The notes beneath the pieces are model-generated. The model was not told where the DNA came from and did no database searches. It saw only the letters and a list, made by a program, of their open reading frames with translations. DNA of 6,238 bases, taken from positions 1-6,238 of the IMG/VR virus record IMGVR_UViG_2534682159_000005, one strand, 5' to 3'. The DNA is from a virus. Lineage: Duplodnaviria > Heunggongvirae > Uroviricota > Caudoviricetes. The first letter of the stretch is position 1. Every line of letters begins with the position of its first letter. The translations under genes and the position numbers were made by a program. Below are positions 1-4,627 of the stretch, piece after piece.

Positions 1-324
1 GTCCACCAGATACTGGCTGGCCACGTACAATATTGATTTCATCAAACTGCTCATCGTCCATTAACAACCCCGCGTGCGTCAGCGCATCCAGCGGTGCTTT
101 CAGAATATTGTCCAGGTCACGGCGGCGCTTATCCGGTGGCTCTGCAATAATTTTTATTGCCAGCCGTCCGGACAGGCTTAATTTCAGTCGCTGCTGGCGA
201 ACAATAAGCGCCACTGCCCGGCGATAACCGCTCCCCGGCTTTTGATACAAAAATATGTGCTGCCACGGCGTCGCCAGTAAGTGTTCACCGTCGGCGGGTA
301 AGGTAAAACCAAATCTATGAGCAT
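1..324 (-). pseudogene. rusA: RusA-family Holliday-junction resolvase, reading frame apparently broken by two +1 frameshifts; 3' end runs off the window start
   Basis: Minus-strand ATG at 324-322 preceded by AAGAGG. The N-terminus MLIDLVLPYPPTVNTYWRRRGSTYF resembles the RusA N-terminus (LPWPPSNNRYYR..RG) and this frame stops at TGA 186-184. RusA-like sequence continues in the next frame (FVSKAGER) and then the third frame (YRRAVALIVRQQRLKLSLSGRLAIKIIAEPPDKRRRDLDNILKAPLDALTHAGLLMDDEQFDEINIVRGQPVSGG, open to position 1). This implies an extra base in the T5 run (plus-strand A-run 249-253) and another near 223-228. Confidence 0.55.
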
Positions 325-336
325 CAGTCACCTCTT

Positions 337-1386
337 TTACCCGAGCACGCCAGTCGCAAAGGCGTGATCAAGAAAACGAAAAATTAACTCAATCTGAGAG
401 CCGTACTTTTTCTCAAACTCCTGCGGGTCTGCATGAAGTTCGTTGTGGTGCTCCCGGCACAACGGTAGCGTGAAAATATCGTGGGCCTTTGTTCCCATTC
501 CCCCCTGACCATGACCAATCAGGTGATGCGGATCGTCAGCTGGCTTACCACAACACGCACACGGCTGTGTCTTTACCCAGCGCGTGTATTTCTCATTAAC
601 CCAACGGCGACGTTTAGGCCGCCTCATGAACGATTCAGGAGACTCCGGATCAACGGCGATACTGACAACCGTTTTTTTCTGTGGTGGATTTTGTTGCTGG
701 TGGACGTGAAGTGGCAGCGCAATATTTTTTGTGCGCTGCTTCAGTATGCTGATGGCTGTCTGTTCTCCCGGTACGATGTCACTCTCACGGTATACGGAGC
801 GGATTTTTTCCGCTGGTAATCCCAGCGAACGACGCGCTACTGCCTCAGGTAGTGCATCCACCACCTGATTGCAGGCCGCCCACCAGGATAATTCGGCCAG
901 CGATAACTCCCTCTCCTGCGTACCGCTTATTGCGTGACGGATGACATCAATCATCCAGGCAACCAGATTCTGCTGAGCAAGTTGATCGAGTGATTCTGAT
1001 GTCTGGTCGCGCAGCTGGTTGTCACAGTGCCAGCACAACACCATCGCGCCGGTACCATAACGGTGAATGACTGTTTCGCTGTGATGATAATCGCCGTGTG
1101 GCCACTGGCAGGATTTCACGTGACGTAATAACCAGTCAGACAGTGCACCTGCACCACCTGCTGCACGAATAACCCGCTCATCGCTGAAAAATGGCAGTAA
1201 TGTTTTATCCTCTGCCAGCGGCTGGCGAACGGCAGGAACGACTCCGGACGGCAGACCGCGCATGTTTTTCGGTTCCGGCTCCACCAGCACCCTGCCGCAA
1301 TGAAAAACAGGCCGTGATTCGCGTCCGGGCTTAAGGACCACCAGGCCAAGTTCCGGCACCAGAACAGGTCGAAGTAATACCCGCAC
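337..1386 (-). CDS. ydfU: YdfU-like DUF968 prophage protein (349 aa) with C-terminal Cys/His HNH-like zinc-binding motif
   Basis: 349-aa ORF from GTG at 1386 (GGAGG 4 nt upstream) to TAA at 339-337. The C-terminal motif CACCGKP..DPHHLIGHG..CREHHNELH is typical of DUF968/HNH-like prophage proteins. Length and position beside hokD and a Q-proximal resolvase match the Qin prophage ydfU; the symbol is from recollection, not a search. Confidence 0.75.
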   Translation of the reverse strand: MRVLLRPVLVPELGLVVLKPGRESRPVFHCGRVLVEPEPKNMRGLPSGVVPAVRQPLAEDKTLLPFFSDERVIRAAGGAGALSDWLLRHVKSCQWPHGDYHHSETVIHRYGTGAMVLCWHCDNQLRDQTSESLDQLAQQNLVAWMIDVIRHAISGTQERELSLAELSWWAACNQVVDALPEAVARRSLGLPAEKIRSVYRESDIVPGEQTAISILKQRTKNIALPLHVHQQQNPPQKKTVVSIAVDPESPESFMRRPKRRRWVNEKYTRWVKTQPCACCGKPADDPHHLIGHGQGGMGTKAHDIFTLPLCREHHNELHADPQEFEKKYGSQIELIFRFLDHAFATGVLG

Positions 1387-1387
1387 G

Positions 1388-1660
1388 TTACCTCCAGATA
1401 CGTTGCTGGAATGTGCGGGACGGACGCGGTGGATGTTCGGAATAAGGGAGCCTGACAGAGATTATCCAGTGACGATAATCGAGGCTGATGGCTTTCTTAA
1501 CCTCGTATCCGCGCCTGCGGTAACACTGAATCAGCCATTCGGCCTGTTCTTCAGTGCATGGGGGATGCTGGTACCAGTCGGTTTTAAATACGTGCGAATG
1601 CCGCCCCCGCTTAATGGCCGGGACGGCTTCAGAATTGTGGGATTTTATACGTTGCGCCAT
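1388..1660 (-). CDS. Small prophage protein of unknown function (90 aa from ATG 1660; the ORF extends to GTG at 1678)
   Basis: ATG at 1660-1658 preceded by GGAGAA with 4-nt spacing. The stop TAA 1390-1388 sits 1 nt before the ydfU-like GTG start, and the GGAGG for that gene lies in its last codons. Occupies the slot that rem holds next to hokD/ydfU in the Qin prophage, but the sequence identity is not verified. Confidence 0.55.
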   Translation of the reverse strand: MAQRIKSHNSEAVPAIKRGRHSHVFKTDWYQHPPCTEEQAEWLIQCYRRRGYEVKKAISLDYRHWIISVRLPYSEHPPRPSRTFQQRIWR

Positions 1661-1710
1661 CGGGTTCTCCGGTGACACAGCAGGTGCCAGTTGTTCAGGC
1701 CGGCGTGCGA

Positions 1711-1740
1711 ATTGTAAACCAGAATGCCAGGAAAAAACAA
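1711..1740 (-). promoter_or_regulatory. Candidate sigma70 promoter for the 90-aa/ydfU-like/rusA transcription unit
   Basis: Minus strand TTGTTT (1740-1735), 18-nt spacer, TACAAT (1716-1711), about 50 nt upstream of ATG 1660. The -35 is weak and overlaps the U-tract of the hokD terminator. Confidence 0.2.
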
Positions 1741-1758
1741 AACCCGCAGAAGCGGGTT
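1731..1758 (-). terminator. Rho-independent terminator downstream of hokD
   Basis: Minus strand AACCCGC-TTCT-GCGGGTT followed by TTGTTTTTT (7-bp GC-rich stem, 4-nt loop, U-tract). On the plus strand the same hairpin has no following T-run, so it is oriented for minus-strand transcripts. Confidence 0.7.
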
Positions 1759-1761
1759 AAG

Positions 1762-1786
1762 TGCGGGTGCGTTGAGGATGCCTGAC
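1762..1786 (-). promoter_or_regulatory. 3' UTR element complementary to the hok mRNA 5' leader (fbi-like fold-back element)
   Basis: Plus-strand 1761-1777 GTGCGGGTGCGTTGAGG is the inverted repeat of plus-strand 2140-2154 CCTCAAGCACCCGCA (15 of 16 with one bulge, extendable to about 25 nt with mismatches). Both lie inside the predicted hokD transcript. Confidence 0.45.
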
Positions 1787-1797
1787 ACATCAGAGGT

Positions 1798-1819
1798 GGC
1801 GAGGGATTTCTCCCTCGCC
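1798..1819 (-). other. Perfect 9-bp stem hairpin with tetraloop immediately 3' of the hokD stop codon
   Basis: Minus strand GGCGAGGGA-GAAA-TCCCTCGCC begins 8 nt after the hokD stop. No U-tract follows, so it is more likely an mRNA structural or stability element than a terminator. Confidence 0.4.
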
Positions 1820-1826
1820 GGGTCTC

Positions 1827-1982
1827 TTACTTCTCAGATTCGTAAGCTGTGAAGACAGCGACCTCCGTCTGGCCGGTTCGGATTCGTACCTCGCAGAGGT
1901 CTTTCCTCGTTACCAGTACCGTTACAACGACGGTAATACAGATGACGATCAGGGCGATTAGCATCGCCTTTTGCTGCTTCAT
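1827..1982 (-). CDS. hokD: Hok/Gef family type I toxin (51 aa), HokD/RelF-like
   Basis: MKQQKAMLIALIVICITVVVTVLVTRKDLCEVRIRTGQTEVAVFTAYESEK: single transmembrane helix followed by the conserved RKDLCEVRIR..EVAVF..YE Hok signature, near-identical in pattern to HokD of E. coli K-12 as I recall it. ATG at 1982-1980 with AGGAG 8 nt upstream. The track ORF (1827..2039) extends 19 codons upstream in frame, probably not used. Confidence 0.85.
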   Translation of the reverse strand: MKQQKAMLIALIVICITVVVTVLVTRKDLCEVRIRTGQTEVAVFTAYESEK

Positions 1983-1995
1983 AGCCTGCTGCTCC

Positions 1996-2024
1996 TTGCC
2001 TTTCGGCGCATAAGAGGCTAATCT
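1996..2024 (+). promoter_or_regulatory. Candidate antisense promoter at the hok start region (possible Sok-like antisense RNA)
   Basis: Plus strand TTGCCT (1996-2001), 17-nt spacer, TAATCT (2019-2024). It would drive a transcript antisense to the hok leader (about 2031 onward). No clean terminator was found, so this is weakly supported. Confidence 0.2.
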
Positions 2025-2130
2025 AAGTGTGCAAGTCATAGATATGGCCTCAGATTAATGTTAAGCGTCCTGCAAGACGCATAATGTTAACTGGGGCTTT
2101 TCTCTGTCTGCCTTACGTCGGCATGCCCGA

Positions 2131-2154
2131 GGCAGACAGCCTCAAGCACCCGCA
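2131..2154 (-). promoter_or_regulatory. 5' leader element of hokD mRNA complementary to the 3' UTR (tac-like fold-back element)
   Basis: Minus-strand leader TGCGGGTGCTTGAGG (2154-2140) pairs with the 3' UTR segment at 1762-1777. It lies just downstream of the candidate -10 TAGAAT and is followed by a 9-bp stem hairpin (2139-2104). Confidence 0.45.
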
Positions 2155-2157
2155 GCA

Positions 2158-2185
2158 ATTCTACTTAACTCTTCTTTCCCCGCAA
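2158..2185 (-). promoter_or_regulatory. Candidate sigma70 promoter for the hokD mRNA
   Basis: Minus strand TTGCGG (2185-2180), 16-nt spacer, TAGAAT (2163-2158). The predicted start near 2151 coincides with the 5' complementary element and gives a transcript of about 420 nt to the terminator at 1731, the size typical of hok mRNAs. Confidence 0.4.
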
Positions 2186-2192
2186 ACCGTTT

Positions 2193-2276
2193 TTATCCCC
2201 AGCGGCAAATCGAATACACCACCAGCGCCACCGCCATTGCAATTCCTACCGTTATGAACGCTTCAGGCCAGGTCAT
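2193..2276 (-). CDS. 27-aa hydrophobic single-helix peptide, translationally coupled to the upstream 171-aa gene (absent from the ORF track because of its size)
   Basis: MTWPEAFITVGIAMAVALVVYSICRWG. The ATG at 2276-2274 overlaps the TGA stop of the 171-aa gene (ATGA). It has a hydrophobic core with a basic/aromatic C-terminus and a TAA stop at 2195-2193. Confidence 0.45.
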   Translation of the reverse strand: MTWPEAFITVGIAMAVALVVYSICRWG

Positions 2277-2788
2277 CGTAAAATATTCTCCTCGTTTATC
2301 AGTCCGTTTCGCTTCAGGTAGTCCATCGCCTTATCCGGTAATTTGCAGTCCGGCTTCGCTTTTTTCAGTTGGCTGACCAGCCGTTTAACCCACATTGCTA
2401 ATTCGCTAACCTGATTGCCGGATGCTGGTGGATTGTCGGCTTTACCCAGAATGGCAGCACAGCAGGCCTCTCTGAGCACCCAGTCAACAGCATCCTTCCA
2501 TGCTCCTGTTTCGACTGGCGGATTCTCACGCTTTACCTGTTCATAAAAGCGCACAGCTTTAACCAGTCCTTCTGATGTCACCGGGACTGGCGGGCCGATG
2601 AATAAGGCCTGAATTTCATAGTTCGGCCTGTCGTTACAATCCTCTTTTGTCGGTACATATTTCCAGTCACCAGCCCACTGCTTCCCCTGAAAGTCTGTAA
2701 CGTCTTTTTTCACGTAGCGATATCGCCATGCAACTGGTTTTGCCTGCCCTGCCGTTTCATGCCCTTCCTGATAATTAATCTCGCTCAT
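2273..2788 (-). CDS. Hypothetical prophage protein (171 aa)
   Basis: ATG at 2788-2786 overlaps the stop of the upstream 58-aa gene (ATGA). Trp/Tyr-rich N-terminal half and a CC pair; no family recognised. Confidence 0.7.
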   Translation of the reverse strand: MSEINYQEGHETAGQAKPVAWRYRYVKKDVTDFQGKQWAGDWKYVPTKEDCNDRPNYEIQALFIGPPVPVTSEGLVKAVRFYEQVKRENPPVETGAWKDAVDWVLREACCAAILGKADNPPASGNQVSELAMWVKRLVSQLKKAKPDCKLPDKAMDYLKRNGLINEENILR

Positions 2789-2961
2789 TCATCGCCCCAC
2801 TCATCACAATATGCTTCGACCGGAGTTTTTCCTGCTTCATAGTCATCACGCCATGCTTCAGCATCGGCGGCACTTCCACCACGTAACTCTGCATAGTCCA
2901 TTAACAGTTCATGCCATTCTTCAAAACTGACGTTGTATTTAGTTGAACCAAAATCAGCCAT
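2785..2961 (-). CDS. Small acidic protein (58 aa), absent from the ORF track
   Basis: MADFGSTKYNVSFEEWHELLMDYAELRGGSAADAEAWRDDYEAGKTPVEAYCDEWGDE. ATG at 2961-2959 with AGGA 8 nt upstream. Its start overlaps the end of the 60-aa gene by 8 nt and its TGA stop overlaps the ATG of the 171-aa gene. Confidence 0.5.
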   Translation of the reverse strand: MADFGSTKYNVSFEEWHELLMDYAELRGGSAADAEAWRDDYEAGKTPVEAYCDEWGDE

Positions 2962-3136
2962 TTTGTTCTTCCTCTTCGTCTTTTATTTCGTGATATGAGT
3001 AATTGCAGTAGTTAAAGAAAATTTCTTTTGCTTCGTCATGAATTTCATCAGGTGTTGCGTCATCGTCCACTTCGAATACATCCTCAAAATCTCCACCGGC
3101 TATTCCCGTTTCAATAATTATTTTGAACTTTCGCAT
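2954..3136 (-). CDS. Small highly acidic protein (60 aa), AT-rich gene
   Basis: MRKFKIIIETGIAGGDFEDVFEVDDDATPDEIHDEAKEIFFNYCNYSYHEIKDEEEEQNG. It is the first ATG in frame after an upstream stop. GC content is visibly lower than the flanking genes, and a 92-bp intergenic region with a palindrome lies upstream. Confidence 0.6.
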   Translation of the reverse strand: MRKFKIIIETGIAGGDFEDVFEVDDDATPDEIHDEAKEIFFNYCNYSYHEIKDEEEEQNG

Positions 3137-3208
3137 TTCATTACCGCCCTGCCGGGCGGTCTCCTGATGTTCTGAGGGTGCAGAAATCCCTCCTGTTAAG
3201 GATTAATT

Positions 3209-3223
3209 TTTAGCAGTGCTAAA
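3209..3223. promoter_or_regulatory. 15-bp palindrome TTTAGCA-G-TGCTAAA in an AT-rich intergenic region (candidate operator/promoter element)
   Basis: Perfect 7-bp arms around one central base, in the 92-bp gap between the 118-aa gene stop (3229) and the 60-aa gene start (3136). Flanked by A/T-rich sequence with -10-like hexamers (TAAAAT). Confidence 0.35.
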
Positions 3224-3228
3224 TTTAA

Positions 3229-3585
3229 TTATTCAGTTCTGGATTTTGTCGCCCTGCGTATCCGCGCTTTCGCGTTACGCTCAATCTGAATTAGCTTTCC
3301 TATATTTTTTCGCCTTTCCTGTTCCTCCAGGCGCAATAGCTTTACATCATCTGCCAGTCTGGTTTCTCTTTTCGCCACAGAGAGCATCCAGTCAAACGGC
3401 TCCACAACTGAACCGCAGATTTTACAGCGGACCTGACGCTCTTTTTCGTCAACCCGAACAGAGGCGTGATGACAATATGGTCTTTCCGATGGCTCATAAA
3501 GAAAATTAACCTGATTACGAGGGTCATCCTCTTTTACCGGAAATAAAACGATATTGCTTAACTCATCCTCTGGTTTTATTTCCAT
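3229..3585 (-). CDS. Zinc-ribbon protein with basic coiled-coil tail (118 aa), function unknown
   Basis: ATG at 3585-3583 with AAGGAGAGGAG just upstream. C-x-H-H ... C-K-I-C-G spacing suggests a zinc ribbon, and the C-terminus is Arg/Lys/Glu-rich. Overlaps the end of the upstream gene by 23 nt. Confidence 0.7.
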   Translation of the reverse strand: MEIKPEDELSNIVLFPVKEDDPRNQVNFLYEPSERPYCHHASVRVDEKERQVRCKICGSVVEPFDWMLSVAKRETRLADDVKLLRLEEQERRKNIGKLIQIERNAKARIRRATKSRTE

Positions 3586-4024
3586 GCTCCTCTCCTTTGA
3601 TGCGAATGCCAGCGACGCGTAATGCGTGTTCTAGGTCAATCAGGTAAAGCCAACTGCCATTTTCTTTAGGTATCATGACTTGTCGCTCATCTGCATTTAT
3701 CGGGTGTCCATATCGAAGGTCGTAGCGAGTCGGTAATTGAACTTCCCGCGCTTCCAGTTCAGCAATGCGCTTACTCCCATCCGAGATAACACCTTCGTAA
3801 TACTCACGTTGCTCGTTGAGTTGTGATTTTGCTTCTTCCAGTCCATCCAGCAAATCAGCGATAATATCCGCTTCCCGATGACGGATGTGACGCTTAAACG
3901 CAGCAAGAGCCGCATCACAATCCCGTTCAGCATTTGGGCTGTCCGGGATAGCCTGATACCACGCCAGCGTCGACTGATAGTTTTGTGCTGCCTCACGAAG
4001 CGCCTCATAGTTAACCTCTCTCAT
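3563..4024 (-). CDS. Ea22-like (ead/Ea22-like family) coiled-coil prophage protein (153 aa)
   Basis: The ATG at 4024-4022 overlaps the TGA stop of the DUF4406 gene (ATGA). The N-terminal NYEALREAA and central AELEAREV coiled-coil segment resemble Ea22-like prophage proteins; assignment is from memory. Confidence 0.65.
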   Translation of the reverse strand: MREVNYEALREAAQNYQSTLAWYQAIPDSPNAERDCDAALAAFKRHIRHREADIIADLLDGLEEAKSQLNEQREYYEGVISDGSKRIAELEAREVQLPTRYDLRYGHPINADERQVMIPKENGSWLYLIDLEHALRVAGIRIKGEEHGNKTRG

Positions 4025-4317
4025 TGAGCCACCTCCTGATAAATCACCGCATGCCCCAGTTTCTCCGCCAGTGCCAGCTCTGCCTTAGCACCCGCTGACC
4101 GCTGCCAGCCATTCAGCATGTAAATCGCATCCACACAACGAATCATTGCCATGCAAATATCCATGTAGTGCGGCTGTGTCAGCCCGTCCGGAAGTACTGC
4201 CGGGTTTAAGACGGTATGCCCTTCCCGTTTCAGTGCTTCTTCCGCCCTGTGAAATGCCTCGCGGTTGAAATTTTCATATCCCGTCATTGGACCGGCGATA
4301 TAAATTCTCACCCTCAC
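4021..4317 (-). CDS. DUF4406 protein (nucleoside 2-deoxyribosyltransferase-like fold), 98 aa
   Basis: MRVRIYIAGPMTG..FNREAFHRAEEALKREGHTVLNPA..YMDICMAMIRCVDAIYMLNGWQRSAGAKAELALAEKLGHAV matches the DUF4406 signature (IAGPMTG, NPA, LxGWxxSxGA). The GTG start at 4317-4315 has AGGAGG 8 nt upstream and overlaps the TGA stop of the HTH gene (GTGA). Confidence 0.85.
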   Translation of the reverse strand: MRVRIYIAGPMTGYENFNREAFHRAEEALKREGHTVLNPAVLPDGLTQPHYMDICMAMIRCVDAIYMLNGWQRSAGAKAELALAEKLGHAVIYQEVAQ

Positions 4318-4595
4318 GCCTGAACCCTCCTGTCGAAATAAACGTAGTTATTCACTATGCGCAGCGGCATGCCTAATTTTCTGGCAATTTCCCTTCTTTG
4401 CATGCCTCTCTGATGCAGTTGCCGCGCCAGCTCAATATCACGCTGAGAATATTTTGCCGACGGGTGAAAATCACCACGTAACATCATGCTGATGCCCAGC
4501 TCCCGTGCCTTCGTTCTCACTGCCGCTTCAGTTCGTCCGATAAGTGCGCCAATGCTTTTTACCTTCATCGTTCCCGCACACTGCCGGAGTATCAT
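4314..4595 (-). CDS. Small helix-turn-helix DNA-binding protein (about 93 aa); start uncertain
   Basis: Two HTH-like segments (KSIGALIGRTEAAVRTKARELGI and MQRREIARKLGMPLRIVNNYV, the second resembling NinH/Fis-type HTH). The track ORF starts at 4718 inside the upstream gene. Candidate starts are ATG 4595, ATG 4568, or GTG 4631 (which overlaps the upstream TGA stop). Confidence 0.55.
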   Translation of the reverse strand: MILRQCAGTMKVKSIGALIGRTEAAVRTKARELGISMMLRGDFHPSAKYSQRDIELARQLHQRGMQRREIARKLGMPLRIVNNYVYFDRRVQA

Positions 4596-4627
4596 GATTT
4601 CCGCCCGGCACCACGTCTTCCACCCAC

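Noticed and set aside
33-227. Plus-strand 64-aa ORF
   Set aside because: Lies antisense to the RusA-like coding sequence and has a Ser/Arg-rich low-complexity translation with no recognisable start context; most likely an antisense artefact.
481-819. Plus-strand 112-aa ORF
   Set aside because: Entirely antisense to the YdfU-like gene, whose frame carries the recognisable DUF968/HNH motif.
1116-1349. Minus-strand 77-aa ORF nested in the ydfU-like gene
   Set aside because: Alternative frame inside a gene with a clear protein signature; Cys/Trp-rich, unprotein-like translation.
1403-1760. Plus-strand ORFs 1403..1675 and 1554..1760
   Set aside because: Antisense to the 90-aa gene and running into the hokD terminator region; no start context or protein-like composition. 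The minus-strand frame has a good SD and tight coupling to the ydfU-like gene.
1983-2039. In-frame 19-codon N-terminal extension of hok (track ORF start at 2039)
   Set aside because: Hok toxins are about 50 aa and the internal ATG at 1982 has a strong AGGAG. The extension would put a charged leader ahead of the transmembrane helix. Kept only as a possible leader or mok-like reading frame.
3144-3159. GC hairpin CCGCCC-NNNN-GGGCGG considered as a terminator
   Set aside because: No U-tract follows on either strand; more consistent with an mRNA structure near the ribosome-binding site of the 60-aa gene.
3216-3527. Plus-strand 97-aa ORF and minus-strand 61-aa ORF nested in the zinc-ribbon gene
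   Set aside because: Both are alternative frames within a gene that has a strong SD and a coherent zinc-ribbon motif.
3697-4008. Minus-strand 103-aa ORF nested in the Ea22-like gene
   Set aside because: Alternative frame; the Ea22-like frame is supported by the ATGA coupling and a coiled-coil sequence pattern.
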